Source: Chiloscyllium plagiosum
Lineage: Eukaryota
Length of the DNA: 64,000 nucleotides
Direction of reading: 5' to 3'
Assembly (NCBI RefSeq): GCF_004010195.1
Contig: NC_057720.1
Location: 10,899,181-10,963,180 of the forward strand
Shown one piece after another: positions 1-14,007 of this stretch. Position 1 is the stretch's first letter, and each line of letters begins with the position of its first letter. A model generated the notes under the pieces. It made no database searches. It had not been told where the DNA came from and was given only the letters and a program-made list of their open reading frames with translations. The translations under genes and the position numbers were made by a program.

Positions 1-635
1 ATCCTCCCTCAGCACAGCTGTAATGCTATCCCTTATCAAAAACGCCACTCCCCCTCCTCTCTTGCCTCCCTTTCTATCCTTCCTGTAGCAGTTGTATCCT
101 GGAACATTAAGCTGCCAGTCCTGCCCATCCCTGAACCATGTTTCCGCAATTGCTATGATATCCCAGTCCCATGTTCCTAGCCATGCCCTGAGTTCATCTG
201 CCTTCCCTGTTAGGCCCCTTGCATTAAAATAAATGTAGTTCAATTTATTAGTCCTACCTTGTCCCTGCCTGCCCTGACTGATTGACTCACGTCTGTTCTC
301 AGTTGTGCCCGTCTCGGATCGATCTCTTTCCTCACTATCTCCCTGGGTTCCAACCCCCACCTTACTAGTTTAAATCCTCCCAAGCAGTTCTCGCAAATTT
401 CCCTGTCAGTATATTAGTCTCCTTCCAATTTTGGTGCAATCTGTCCTTCTTGTACAGGTCACTTCTATCCCAAAAGAGATTCCAATTATCCAAAAATGTG
501 AATCCTTCTCCTATACACCAGCTCCTCAGCCATGCATTCATCTGCTCTATCCTCCTATTCCTGCCCTCACTAGCTCGTAGCACTGGGAGTAATCCAGATA
601 TTACTACCCTTGAGGACCTCCATTTTAAATTTCTA
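1..635 (-). mobile_element. CR1 LINE fragment (ORF1 SGNH esterase and start of ORF2 endonuclease)
   Basis: NRRIEQMNAWLRSWC..EGFTFLDNW..FW.R.DLYKKD.LH is CR1 ORF1 esterase. Confidence 0.8.
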
Positions 636-1143
636 GTTCTAGATGTTGTGAAACTTGAAAGGGTTAAGCAAAAATTAGCAAAGATGTTGCCAGGGTTGGA
701 GGGTTTGAGCTACAGAGAGAGGAGGAATATGCTGGGACTGTTTCCCTGGAATGTCGGAGGCTAAGGGGTGACCTTATAGAGATTTATAAAATCATGAGGG
801 GCATGGCTCGGATAAATCGACAAAGCCTTTCCCCTGGGGTGGGGGAGTCCAGAACTAGAAGGTTTAGGATGAGAGGGGAAAGATATAAAAGGGGCCTAAA
901 GGATACCTTTTTCACACAGAGGATGGTGCATGTATGGAATGAGCTGCCAGAGGAAGTGGTGGATGCTGGTACAATTACAACATTTAAAAGGCACCTAGAT
1001 GGGTATATGAATAGGAAGCATTTAGTGGGATATGGGCCAAGTACTGACATATGGGATTAGGCTAGGTTAGGATATCTGGTCAGCATTGATGAGGTGGACT
1101 GAAGGGTCTGTTACTGTGTTATACATTTCTATGACTCTCTGAC
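636..1143 (+). mobile_element. CR1/HER1 LINE 3' end
   Basis: LERVKQ..MLPGLEGLSY..; FFTQR.V.VWNELPEEVV; tctatgactc tail. Confidence 0.9.
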
Positions 1144-3148
1144 TCGACTAACTTTCATTGTTTTGCATCTCAAGTGGTTTACCAGATTGCGTCACAGGGC
1201 ATTGGCTAGTTGGATGATGGCATTCATGAAGCAGTTGTGTTTTGTTTAAATTAAGAGTTTGATCATTTACATGGCTTTTTTTTTACATATTACTCAAAAA
1301 TGACAAATTAATTAGATAGTTTACCTTTTTATCCTGACAGTAGTTTAAAAAGTATTTTAGATGAGGGCATGAAGTATCATCACATTCAGGCTATGGGCCT
1401 TGTATGGGCAAATGTAGGTAGTAGTATATTTTTGGCAGTACACACTTGATGGGCCAAAGGGCCTCTTTTGTACTGTATGATTTTATGATTCTCGGTGCAT
1501 TGCCTCCACTTTTGGATTATTGTGTCATGCTGTAGCCATTACTACTACAAGATTATGTGTTTAAATAATAAAACCAGAGAAAAAAACAGCTTCACAGAGA
1601 CATAGTCAAGAAACTCATGTCAAGATGAAGAAGTAGATGTGATAACGAAAGGTTTGCTTTCACAAGGGTCTTATGGAAGAGAAATGGTTCAAGAGGGAAG
1701 TCCAGGTCTTGGGCTGCAGGTATTTGACATACAGGGGTTTTGAATATGGGGTGAATAAAAGGCATTGAGGTGTTCAGTTGGCCATGATCATATTGATTGG
1801 GTTAGGGTCAACAGGCTGCACAGCCTCTCCTGTTCATACATTCCTATTTGAATGTCTGGTCACCAATGGCAGGGCAAACGGAGATGGTGGTGGGGATGGA
1901 GGAGAGGAATACATAAGAGGTTAGCAATGGAAGAATCAAAAGTTTGAAAACGTTCTCTGGATGGCTCAGATAAGTCATGTTTCCACATGTACCTCAGGTA
2001 CCCACATAGGATTTGTCCAGTCCAAATTCTACACATGCTCCAGAGGAGACTGATGCTTGACTGGTGCAATGTTGGGTCAGTAACAATGTGCTTATTTGAA
2101 GGCATGCTTTCTGCCTCCATGTTTCATCAGTATCATGGAGCTGGGATTTGATGCATTGAGGGACTGCAAGCTGACATCAGTCAGTGGGTTTAGGGATAAT
2201 GAGTGAATATGACTTCATGGCTTCATACTTAAGCAGGGTTGTAATTTTTAACTTTATAACTTTATTTCTTTACTTATCTACTCTACCTAAGTTCTTATAC
2301 TCACATACCTTTACAATTAGCATTAAAATTATGCTTTATTGTCACGTGTACTCAAGTACAAAAGTACCGGATTACATTGAAAATGGTACCATCTTAGATA
2401 CAAATTACCTCGTTACAAATCTTAGGTACTAAAATAGATTAGGTATAAAAATAGTGAAATAAGGTTAAAAAGCTAAACATTCTACATTGTAGTTCTGGAT
2501 AGAAATTAGGAAAATGGTGACATTGTACACTTTTCACTGTATTACTGTACCCCTGTCCTGGAGCACACATGTCAATAAAACCTAATTCTAATTCATACAC
2601 GAATGCAGCTTTTGGGTAAATTGAGGTTCAAGATTTCTTTTATTCATTCATTCACAGGATGTGGGTTTCATTGCCTGGGTCAGTATTTTTTGCCCATCCC
2701 TATATGCTCTTGAGAAGGTAGTACTGATCTGCCATTTCACACAATCATACATTGCCCTTCTTCCCATCAAGTCTGAACCAACAAAAACTACTCGAAATCT
2801 ACATGTGTCCATTTTCCACCACTTGGCCCATAACCTTGAGTGCTCAACTGAGTAATTTATTAAAGGTTGTGAGGTTTCCTGCCTGACTTACCCTCCCAAG
2901 CAGTGCATTCCACACTCACCCCACCCTTTGGAGTTATGGGGTGTATGGGAGGTTGTCTGAGGTAACATTGGAATTGTCATTGGGTTTGGGACTAATGACA
3001 TTTCCAAGTACAAATGATTTAGGAGCTGACCCAGGCAAAATCATAATTCAATTACAAGTAGGTACATTTGTACATCAATACCTTACCATTTTGTACATAT
3101 CCTGGGATGTACATTGCATGGCTTTGCTTCCTGGTTGTTAACCTTACT

Positions 3149-3648
3149 NNNNNNNNNNNNNNNNNNNNNNNNNNNNNNNNNNNNNNNNNNNNNNNNNNNN
3201 NNNNNNNNNNNNNNNNNNNNNNNNNNNNNNNNNNNNNNNNNNNNNNNNNNNNNNNNNNNNNNNNNNNNNNNNNNNNNNNNNNNNNNNNNNNNNNNNNNNN
3301 NNNNNNNNNNNNNNNNNNNNNNNNNNNNNNNNNNNNNNNNNNNNNNNNNNNNNNNNNNNNNNNNNNNNNNNNNNNNNNNNNNNNNNNNNNNNNNNNNNNN
3401 NNNNNNNNNNNNNNNNNNNNNNNNNNNNNNNNNNNNNNNNNNNNNNNNNNNNNNNNNNNNNNNNNNNNNNNNNNNNNNNNNNNNNNNNNNNNNNNNNNNN
3501 NNNNNNNNNNNNNNNNNNNNNNNNNNNNNNNNNNNNNNNNNNNNNNNNNNNNNNNNNNNNNNNNNNNNNNNNNNNNNNNNNNNNNNNNNNNNNNNNNNNN
3601 NNNNNNNNNNNNNNNNNNNNNNNNNNNNNNNNNNNNNNNNNNNNNNNN
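3149..3648. other. Assembly gap (500 N)
   Basis: Run of N. Confidence 1.
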
Positions 3649-4216
3649 TTCTCATAAAGTATTCTGAACAACCACTGCACTTAGTGCAGGTTAGATTACT
3701 GTACACAATTTTGTACACCAGTTCACCATTTACCTGCAGTTTTCAGGTGCAAAACAATAGAAGAGAAGTGAAGTAGATACGTTAAAAAATAACTCAAAAC
3801 TTAAACTGGTCTGCAGACTGACAGAATGACGATAGAAAACAGGATTGCCAAGACTGGAAAGTTGCACTGCATATGTATCAGCTTCCACAATGCATATACA
3901 CACTATTGTAACATTTATAATGCAGGAGGCCTTACAACAAGGGGTTGATTTAAGGAACTTACTATGTCCCTCATTTTACCACATTATATCTCCTGTAAAA
4001 CATCAATAATATAATTGTTTTATTGCATTTTATTGTCTACTAGGTCTGTATATGTCAGTATTTTTGGCTATTTGGAAACTATCCAACTGACTCTCATTAC
4101 CCTCTGTGATGTCAGCATTTGCAACATTTTCAAGGAACGTAACCTCTGCAAACAGCAAGACTTTATACGTGAAACATTTGCAGAAGTAGCTGTTGCCTCT
4201 TAATAGTCCCATTTAC

Positions 4217-4376
4217 CCCTGGTAATCCTGTTGTGTACATTATTGAAGTTGATGTCACTTGGTTCTGGTCTGGAAAGAAGTTGCAGTCAGCGTCTAGGAG
4301 CCCTGTGCTGGGATCACAGGCACGACAGGAAACTTCAGAACAAGAGGCTTTTAATCCTTTAATTTCCTTTGAACAC
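4217..4376 (-). CDS. CLCA: CLCA coding exon 5 (Cys-rich segment)
   Basis: RCSKEIKG..CSEVSCRACDPSTGLLDADCNFFPDQNQVTSTSIMY..LPG|gtaaat; 160 nt, phase 2-0; later exons not found in the window. Confidence 0.9.
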
Positions 4377-4949
4377 CTAGCAATAGAAATAAAGCACGAT
4401 GTGTAATTAATCATACTGATTTTTATAAAGTCGTTATAATATTACTAGTTTATACATCGTCTCTTTCAATAGAGAGATGATTGATGGTGATTTATCCTGA
4501 CAGTCACCACACCTTAAGGTGGGGTGGGGGGGAGAGGTTGAGATGGAGAATCCTTCATCATATCTGTAGCTGGTGAGGGAATGGGACCCAAGCAGTTGGC
4601 ATCCCTTTGCCCACAACTTATTCACCAAGGTGGTGACAGGGTAGGGCTTGGTTAGCTCAGTTGCATGGGTTCTATTCCCATGGTAGCTGAGGTCATCATG
4701 ATAGGTCCTGCCTTCTGATCCTCACCTTTGGCCTGAGCAGTGGTGACCTTCAGGTTAAACTCACCCAACCAGGGGTGTCTCTCACTCTAATGAGACAGGG
4801 GAACAGTGGTGACTTTACTCATTAAAAGACCAAATCAGAACCTCCACATTCCTCTGATTTTCATACATCAGCAGTGACATGTGGTTTGTGAGATTACTGA
4901 CAATTTACGTTTATAACTTCCAGACACTTCCAGGTTCAAGCGAGTAATT

Positions 4950-7900
4950 GTCAGAGGGAACTCTCCAGTCAGGGGCACAGATAGGCAACTCTGCAGCTGT
5001 GAGCCAGCATTGACATTGCTTCCCTGGTGCCAAGGTCACAGACATCTCAAAGGAGATATTGGGAGACAAGAGAGAGTGAGAGGCCAGAGGCTGTAGTACA
5101 CATTGGTAAGAGCAACATAGTGAGAGAAACATTTGCAGCGTGAATATAGGAAGTTATGTAAGAGGTTAAAAAGAACTTTAAAGGTAGTAATCTCTGGATT
5201 ACTCCCACTGCCACGTGCTAGTGACAGTAGGATAAGAAAATAGGGCAGATAAATCAGTGGTTGTGGAGGTGATTGGGCAAGGATGCAGATTTTTTGATCA
5301 TTGAGATCACTTCTGAGCCAGAAGAGACCTGTTCAAAAGGGACCGGTTTCACCTGAATTGGAAGGGGACCAATGAGAATTTAAATTAGTATGGGGCAGTT
5401 GTGGAGATACTAAATAATAATGAAATGAGGATGGTTCAGAAATGAAAGAGAGCAAGTTAATTAGACAAGGCAAGCAAGAACAAATCAGAGAACAAGGTAA
5501 CTCTGAAGAATTAAACTGCATTTCTTTCAATGCAAAGGATCTGACAGAAAGCTGTATGAACTCAGGGCATGCATGGGAACATGGGACTGGGACATCACTG
5601 CTCATCCAGAAACTTGGCTCAGGAATGGACAGGACTGGCACCTCAATGATCTGGGGTTCAGATGCTATGGGAAGGGTAGAAATGGAGGCAAGAGAGGAAG
5701 AGGACTGGCATTTTTCATGAGGGAAAACATCATGGGAGAACTTAGAGGGGATTGTCCAATGAAGCTATATGCATAGAACTTAGAGATAAAAAGAGGATAA
5801 TCACCTTGATGGGATTGTGCTAAAGCCACCCCAGTAGTCATCAGAAAACTGAAGAGCAAATGTGTAGAGAGATCTCAGCTATGTGCAAGAATTGTAGGGT
5901 TGGGACAGCAGGGTTTTTTTTATCTTTTCAAACATAGATGGGACTGCCATAGTGTTAAGGGCTTGGATGGGGAAGAGTTTGTTGAATGTGTTAAAGAATA
6001 TTTTCTTCATCAATATGCAGATGTACCTATTAGAGAAGGAGCAAAACGTGACATTCTTTTGAGAAATAAGGCGGGGCAAATGACTGGCATGTTAATGGGG
6101 GAGCACTTTGGGACCAGTGATCATAATTCTGATAGTTTTAAAATAGTTATATAAAAGGATACGCCCTGGATGAATAAAGATATTGAATCTCTGGTCAAGA
6201 ATAAGAAGGAAGCATATATTAGTTATCGACAACTGGGATGAAGTGAATCTCTTGAAGAGTATAAGGGGATGTATGAGGCATTCTTAACAGGTAAATCAGG
6301 AGGGCAAAAAAGAGGTAAGAGTTAGGCTTGGCAGGTAAAGTGAAGGATAATCCAGAGACTCTATAAGTACATGAAGAACAAAACAGCAACTAGAGAGAGA
6401 ATAAGATTCCTTAAAGGTCAACAAGGTCATCTATATGTGGAACCATAGGAAATAGGAGAGATACTTAAATGCATATTTCACGTCAGTATCTATTGTGGAA
6501 AAAGACATGCAAGCCAGGGAATTAGGGGAAATAAATATCGAAATCTTTAAAACAGTCCATATTACAGAAGAAGAGCATAAAGGTGGATAAACCTCCAAGA
6601 CCTGATCAAGGGTATCTCAAGACATTGTGGGAAGCTCAGGGAAAAACTGCGGGGTACTGAGCAGGGATATTTGTATCAACTATAGCCACAGGTGAGGTGA
6701 TGGAGGACTGGAGGGTGGCTAAATGTTGTACCTCTATTTAAGAAAGACTGTAAGGAGAAGCCTGGGCACTATAGAATGGTGAGTCTAACATCAGTGATGG
6801 GTAAGTTGTTGGAGGGGATTCTGAGAGATACGATTTGCATGCATTTGGAGAGTCAAGGACTGATTAGGGACAGTCAGTGTGGCTTTGTGTAAGGAAAGTC
6901 GTGTCTCACAAACTTGATTAAGGTTTCTGAGGATGTGACCAAAAAAATAGATGAGGGCAGAGTGCTGAACATTGTCTACTGGTCTTCAGTAAACCTTTGA
7001 AAATATTCCATATCATGGACTGGTTAGTAAAAAATTGATCACGTGGGATTCAGGGAGAGCCTGCCAATTGGATACAAAATTGGCTCAATGGGAGGAGAGA
7101 GAGGGTGGTGGTGGAGGGTTGCTTTTCAGACTGGAGGCCTGTGACAAGCAGTGTTCCACCAGCATCAGTGCTGAGTCCACTGCTGTTTCTCATTTTTATA
7201 ATCAATTTGGCTGAGAATTTAGGAGGCACGGTTAATAGATGACTCCAAACTTGGTGGCGTGGAGGACAGTGAAGAGGTCTATCTAAGATTAAAGTAGGGA
7301 GGTCATGTTGCAACTGTACAAGACGTTGGTCTGGCCACCTTTGGAATATTGCATGCAATTCTGGTCTCCCTGATATAGGAAGGATACTTCAAAACTTGAA
7401 AGGGTTCAGAAAAGATTTACAAGATTTACAAGAGTTGCCAGGGTTGGAGGTTTGAGCTATAGGGAGGGGTTGAATAGGCTGGGGCTCTTCACCCTGGAGC
7501 ACTGGAAGCTGAGGGATGACTTTATAGAGGTAATAAAATCATGAGAGGCAAGGATAGGGTAAATAATCAAGTTCTTTTGTCTGGAGTGGGGGAGACCAGA
7601 ACTAGGGGGCATAGATTTAGGGTGAGAGGAGAAAGATATAAAAGAGAACTAAGGGGCAACTTTTTCACGCAGAGAGTGGCCCATGTATGGAATGAGATGC
7701 CAGAGGAAGTGGTGGAGGCTGGTACAATTACAACATTTAAAAGTCATCTGGATGGTATATGAATAGGAAGGGTTTGTAGGGATATGGGCTGGGTGCTGGC
7801 ATTGGGACTAGATTGGGATACCTGGTCAGCATGGACGGGTTGGACCGAAAGGTCTGTTTCCATGCTGTACATCTCTATGACTCTTTGGTTCTATTTCAAA

Positions 7901-8100
7901 AGGTTCAATGAGCTGAGGAGTGGCAGATGGGGTTTAGGTTTAATTTGTAGAAAGATGAAGTATTGCATTTTCATAAAAAAGCAATGGTAACACTTATACA
8001 ATTAACGGGAGGGTCCTGGGTAGCGTTGTTGAACAGAGAGCTAGGTGTTCAGATACATAGTTCTTTGAAAGCTGCATCACAGACAGACAGGGTGATGAAG
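4950..8100 (+). mobile_element. Long degenerate CR1 LINE (esterase, APE endonuclease, RT, 3' tail) plus an adjacent fragment
   Basis: Remnants such as WDITAHPETWL, EHFGTSDHN, PGHYR.VSLTSV and the 3' WNEMPEEVV; many frameshifts. Confidence 0.85.
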
Positions 8101-8924
8101 AAGAAATTGAATTGGATTGAATTAGCTTTATTATCATGTACACAAATGAGTACAGTGAAAAATTTACCATTGCTGCATTACAGCGCTATCTCAGGCATAA
8201 AAGTACCTCAGTACAGATACTTAAGATCAAATACATTGGAAACAAAACAAATAGGAAAGTAAAGATATAAATAGCCCAGCATTATAGGTCAGAAAAATAA
8301 ATTAGGAATATAAAGAAGTTAAAAGTTCAGAATATCAGTCGGAATGTTGCCGTGAGAGTGGTGATTTGTCAATGTCACCTTGTCAGGATGAAGAAGTGGA
8401 AGGAGACAGAGTGTAAGCAGCTCCATAGTCACTAACTGTCCCCATTAACAGCTATTCACCCTCCCAGCCAGATTGTTATCCACTCCCTTGTCTGTCCAAT
8501 TGATCTTCCCTCTCGTTGGTCTCTATCCCCACCTGTCGTTTATTCCTTACCTCCTCCCTCTGCCCGATCTTCTGCATATAAACCGACATTTTCCTAACCA
8601 CTGTCAGGTCTGAGGAAGGGTCACCAGACACAAAAGGTTAACTTTGATTTCTCTTCACAGATGATGCCAGACCTGCTGAGCTTTTTCAGAAACCTTTGTT
8701 TTTGTTTCTGATTTACAGCATCTGCAATTCTTTCGATGTTTACTTTGCATCAAAATTAGGTCAGTTTAGTTAATATTGAGGGGCAAAAGCATGGAAATAG
8801 GCCAGTTGTACATCATTAGGGGGGTTCAGAACTCACCACTTAAACCCTAAAGAGAAAATGCAAAATGTATTTCCCCAACCTTTTCACCCTTGCCCACATG
8901 AATCAAAGGGGAAGAACATTTGGA

Positions 8925-9260
8925 GGTGGCTGAGTGATTCACACTGTTTCCTCACAGAACCCCAGGGACCCAGATTCGATTCCAGCCTTCGGCCACTGTC
9001 TGTATGAAGTCTGCATGTTCTAACCGTGTCTGTGTGGGTTTCCTCCAGGTGGCATGGCTTTCTCCCTCAGTCCAAAGATATGCAGATTAGGTGGATTAGT
9101 GATGCTAAATTGACGCATCGTGTCCAGGGATGTGTTGGTTAGGTGGATTAGCCATGGGGAATGCTACAGTTAAGGGGATGAGGTGGGGGCTGGTGGGGTG
9201 CTCTTCAGAGGGTGGATGCAGGTTTGATGGGCTAAATATCCTCTATGTGCCCTGTAGGGA
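8925..9260 (+). mobile_element. tRNA-derived SINE (HE1/V-SINE-like)
   Basis: A/B-box-like head, gggtttcctcc...cagtccaaagat core, LINE-like tail. Confidence 0.8.
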
Positions 9261-9388
9261 TTTGAAAATTCTGCCCACTAATGTGCTACTGTTATCTTTT
9301 GTAAGAATGTTCTTCAATATACACTGCACAATAATGAGACTTCTCTACTGCAAAACAGCTCTGCCATCAGAACTGAAGAATAGCCAAC

Positions 9389-9494
9389 CTGGTTGCCTCA
9401 TATGTATCGCCGACAGCATAAAAGGGTACCAGATCATTGTATTCATCAAACACTCCCCACCGAAGGTGAGCCCATTCATGGACTAATACACGAC
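9389..9494 (-). CDS. CLCA: CLCA coding exon 4 (HExxH zinc metalloprotease motif)
   Basis: [20 protein letters not shown]...EATR; 106 nt, phase 1-2, canonical ag/gt. Confidence 0.97.
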
Positions 9495-9589
9495 CTGTAA
9501 AAATAGAAACATTCATGACAACAACTCCCATTTCACTCAAAGCTAAATGGTACATTTGGAATAGTGGATTCAATTCTTGCCTCCCTGCT

Positions 9590-10213
9590 TTATGAAAGGT
9601 GTTGTGAAACATAAAAGGGTTGAGCAAAGATTTCGACAATGTTGCCAGCATTGGAGAGTTTGAGCTATAGGGAGAGGCTGAGTAGGCTGGGGCTGTTTTC
9701 CCCGGAGCATCGGAGGTTGTGGGGTGACTTTATGAAGGTTTATAAAATCATTAGGGCGTGTACAAAATTAACAATCAGACAACACCAAGTTGTACTCCAA
9801 CAAGTTTATTTGGAAACACTAGCTTTTGGTGCACCGATCAAGGAGCATATGATGTGGTGTTGTGTGATTTTTAACTTTGTACACCCCAGTCCAACACTGG
9901 CACCTCCAATCATGAGGGGCAGGATAGGTTAAATAGTCAGGATATTTTCCCTGGGGTGGGGGAGTCCAAAACTAGAGGGCATAGGGTTTAAGGTGAGAGA
10001 GAAAATGTAACATAAGGGGCAATTTTTTACACACAGAGGTTGGTGCATGTATGGAACGAGCTGCCAGAGGAAGTGGTGGAGGCTGGTACAATTATAGCAT
10101 TGAAATTTGCATCTGGACATGTGTACGAATAGGAAGGGTTTAGAGAGATATGAGCCAAATGCTGGCAAATGGGACTAGATAAATTTAGAATATCTGCACA
10201 ACTCTGTGACTCC
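9590..10213 (+). mobile_element. CR1 3' fragment with a nested Penelope-terminal element (about 9757-9905)
   Basis: CR1 ORF2 C-terminus split by the aacacca..tccaacaagtttatttgg repeat. Confidence 0.8.
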
Positions 10214-10499
10214 AAGTATGATTCTACAAAGTAATGATTATCTCACTTTTTAGATTGGAATCAATCTAAACATCAGGTCATAGACAGAGAACACAGGGGG
10301 CTAACACCTTCAACATCTTGTTTAGCTATCACCATTGTTAACAGCTAACCCGAGGTGTTGTGTGATTTTTAACTTTCTACAAAGTAAGGCTTTGATCAAT
10401 TTCACCAAACTAAGAACAAATGCGAGTGTGTTTCCAGTGAAAGAGGAAGGGATTATAGTCAACTGCATAGATGGAAGCAATTTCCTGTAAAGTTGTTAC

Positions 10500-10650
10500 C
10501 TCTTTCACCATAAACTTGGATCAGGGCATCATCTAACATGAAGTTTTGGGTAAAGTGAATGTACCGGCCCTTGTCACCACATTGGCCATACTGCAGAGTG
10601 TATGGGTCATCTCCATACTGAGTATGTGGGTTAGCAATGATCACATTAGC
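10500..10650 (-). CDS. CLCA: CLCA coding exon 3
   Basis: ag|ANVIIANPHTQYGDDPYTLQYGQCGDKGRYIHFTQNFM...YGER G|gtaac; contains the GDDPYT..CG..G.YIHFT motif; 151 nt, phase 0-1. Confidence 0.95.
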
Positions 10651-11174
10651 CTAGAAAAAGATAAATAGAGGAAATAACATCAGGGAATAAGATCATCCCC
10701 AAACTACTGTTAAATATAAACTGCAAAACCATGAATACAGAGGCAGCAAAGTGAAAAAATAAATTTTACGTCAGAGAAAGCTGGACAGTCTATATTTGTT
10801 TGAAATTCTAAGGAAACAAAGTACATTTTTATTAAATACTCCTTCTAAACATTGGACATACCTATGAATCATATTAGAACAGTGTAGGTTAGATGGGCAT
10901 CAGATTAATTTCACAGGTCAGCGCAATACCGAGGGCCAAAGAGCCTGTACTGAGCTGTAATGTTCTGTGTTCTATGTTCTATAAACCAATGTGCATTGGG
11001 CCAGTCAGCAACGTCAAAGGTAAAGCAAAAAGTATTTTCTAAACACTGTCTTCGATCATTTCGTTAAATAAAATAAAGGATAGATCATTAGAGATGCAAT
11101 ATTAGCGTGGATGATGGAATTCCACATGAAATGGGAATAAAGTAGTGGAACAATACCATTATTTCAGCTTTTAC

Positions 11175-11315
11175 CTTTTCATAAGACTGGGTGCTTGGTC
11201 TCTGATAGTGGGGCTGTGAACTCCAGGTGATGGGCAATAGGATTTTCACATCTCGGAAATAAGCTCGATGTTTGGTGGCTTTGTACAAGACGTTTGAAGC
11301 TGACCTCACCATTTC
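11175..11315 (-). CDS. CLCA: CLCA coding exon 2
   Basis: ag|EMVRSASNVLYKATKHRAYFRDVKILLPITW...QSYEK|gtaaaa; 141 nt, phase 0-0. Confidence 0.93.
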
Positions 11316-11579
11316 CTACAAGAAACACAGGTGTTGCGAAAGTTTGTGATCATTGTACTCTCACGCAAAATTGGCAACAACTCCTTCAACATATAATATA
11401 TTATCAATATATTTCATGGACTTTAGCATTGACTTTGGGTAGGGGAAGAATAGTCGGCATTTATAAACTTATACTGCAACGTTTCTGTACAATCTGACAT
11501 GGCAAAATGCTCTTTACACTCAACAAGGAATTGTAAAACAAAATTTGGCCACATAATGGAATGTTAAGAGAAAATCTCA

Positions 11580-12450
11580 GCTTATAGTCCAACAGGTGTA
11601 TTTAAGATGTGGAGGTGCCAGTGTTGGACTGGAGTGGAGAAAGTTAAAAATCACCCAACACCAGGTTATAGTCCAATTCGTTTATTTGGAAGTATAAGCT
11701 TTCTTTGGTTGAATTCTCTTCACCTGCTTCAAAAGCTTGTGATTTTAAATAAACCTGTTGGAATACTGCATGCAATTCTGGTCTCCTTGCGATAGGAAAG
11801 CTGTTGCGAAAATTGAAAGGGAAAGGGTCCAGAAAAGATCTACAAGAATGTTGCCAGTATTAGAGGGTTTGAGCTATAGGGAGAGGCTGAGTAGACTGGA
11901 ATTAATTTCCCTGGACCATCTGAGGCTGAGGGATAACCTTGTAGAGGTTTACAAAACCATGAGGGGAATAGATAGGGTAAATAGTCAAGGTCTTTTCCCT
12001 GGGGTGGGGGAGACCAAGACTAGAGGGCATAGGTTTAAGGTGGAGAAAGTGAGGACTGCAGATGCTGGAGATCAGAGCTGAAAATACGTTGCTGGAAAAG
12101 CGCAGCAGGTCAGGCAGCATCCAGGGAACAGGAGAATCGACGTTTTGGATATAAGCCCTTCTCAGGAAGGGCTTATAGGTTTAAGGTGGGAGAGGAAAGA
12201 TTTAAAAGTGATTTAAGGGGCAACTTTCCATGCAGGGAGTGGTGCGTGTATGGAATGAGCTGCCAGTGGAGGTGGTGGAGGCCAGTACAATCACAACTTT
12301 AAAAACATCTGCATAGGTATATGAATGTGAATGGTTTAGAGGGATATGAGCCAAATGCTGGTAAATTGGACTAGATTAATTTAGGATATCTGGTCGGCAT
12401 AGATGAGTTGGACCAAATGGTCTGTTCCATTTGGTACAACTCTATGACAC
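11580..12450 (+). mobile_element. Penelope-terminal element followed by a CR1 3' fragment with a nested hammerhead-type element (12044-12174)
   Basis: LEYCMQFWSP... CR1; 15-bp TSD ataggtttaaggtgg at 12029-12043 and 12175-12189. Confidence 0.8.
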
Positions 12451-13777
12451 GATGCCAATGGTGAGATTCATACAAATGAAGCACATTGAGCTGATTTTGA
12501 TCATTCCGGTGAGGAAGAAAAGCACCATACTCTCTCTTGAACACACTACCTTTCACCACAATCCAATTGATGAATTGTTGATGGAGACCTTCCTAGTAAG
12601 CTAACACTGCCTTGTGAGGTAGTGCACTCCCTCAAACCTGCTTCACCAATATCTTCATTTAACAACTTACTGACTTGAATGTTTCCTTCATTACTTGAAG
12701 AGATCCTGTTTATTAATACTTTACTATCTTTGATAAAAGCAAATTAATTAACAAGGCATCATATCTAATTGGGGCTAGTTACAGGGATAGGGTTGTCACT
12801 GGGAAATGAGAGATTCTTTCTACTTGGCTCATGGTGAGCTGCTCTCTCAATCTATGGGATGATCATGTTTGACCAAACAATGGCAACACAGCAGTGCTCT
12901 TCTGACTGATTGGGGGTTTAGATGATTACATGCCAGGAGTTAAAGTAAAAGGAAAAGTCAACTTAGCCCATGGACTGTGGGGTTACTCTCACATTAGAGA
13001 GAGATGACTGCTGGAGAGTTTAACCTGAGGATCGCCATGCCATAGATGAGGGGAGAGATTGAGAAAGTTGGACCTTTTTGGTAACCTGAGCCAATATGGG
13101 AATTGACCTTGCAGTGTTGTTCTTTGTGCACGTTTAAGAAACGTTTTGCCAAAGTGTGACTACACAGTGTGAGTTTAAAAAGCTCTCTCCCTCCCAGGAG
13201 AAGAGTGAGTAATCCAAAGGGGCTGCACTGAAGGTCCACCTGTTCTACTTGGTAAACTGTCAGGAGACTATAGTTTTCCCAAATCACACACAATTAAATG
13301 GTTTAATCGGGCAAATCCAGAGAAATCACTTTCTGTGGTGGGAGAATCCAGAACCAGAGGTCAGAACCTTCCAGAAAAATGGAGCTAAGATATTCATGTT
13401 TGATGCAAGAAACACCTCTTTACACAGAGGAACTCTCCCTCTTCAAAAAGTTATTGATGGCGAGGGTCAATTGAAACTGTTAAAATAGAGACTGATAGAT
13501 TATTGTTTAGTGAGGAGATTACTGGCTACAAGGTGGGTAGATCAAACTAAACCACAGACCCAGCCAGAGAGTAACTGGGTGTGATGACAGGATTGAGACA
13601 GCTGAATGTTGGACGTTTCTGTAACACACAAGCCCATCGATAGCCACAAAAGAACGCGCATCAAATGTCAGATTGTTAAAAAATTCCCTTTCAATTGCTT
13701 AACCTACAGCATCAATGATAAATAAAACTACTAAACACAGTCAGTGATTGCAATAGGGATTCAGCTACTGGTCCTAC

Positions 13778-13939
13778 CTGAATGTTTGTAATGAGCATTG
13801 GATCCTCTGATATTCCAGGCTTAATAGCAATGACGACATTTTCATAACCATTATTCACCAGTTTCACATCAGAACATCTTACAACATAGACACAAACCAA
13901 GCACACGAGGGACAGGAGAAATACCTTGACAGATTTCAT
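13778..13939 (-). CDS. CLCA: CLCA-family gene, coding exon 1 (signal peptide and N-terminus)
   Basis: MKSVKVFLLSLVCLVCVYVVRC signal peptide, then VKLVNNGYENVVIAIKPGISEDPMLITNIQ, typical of the CLCA N-terminus; 162 nt; donor CAG|gtagga, phase 0. Confidence 0.93.
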
Positions 13940-14000
13940 TTTTGAAATCCAACCAGAGCACCCTTTAGTCCCAAGTGAACACGTCTATGAAGTTACTGCA

Positions 14001-14007
14001 ATTTATA
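14001..14007 (-). promoter_or_regulatory. Putative TATA box of the CLCA gene
   Basis: TATAAAT on the minus strand about 62 bp upstream of the ATG. Confidence 0.5.

Noticed and set aside
3068-3776. Long ORFs in several frames
   Set aside because: Artefacts of the 500-N gap
1-4200. Search for CLCA exon 6 (V.EFC...HN.EAPN)
   Set aside because: Not found; it may be in the gap or left of the window, so no truncation is claimed
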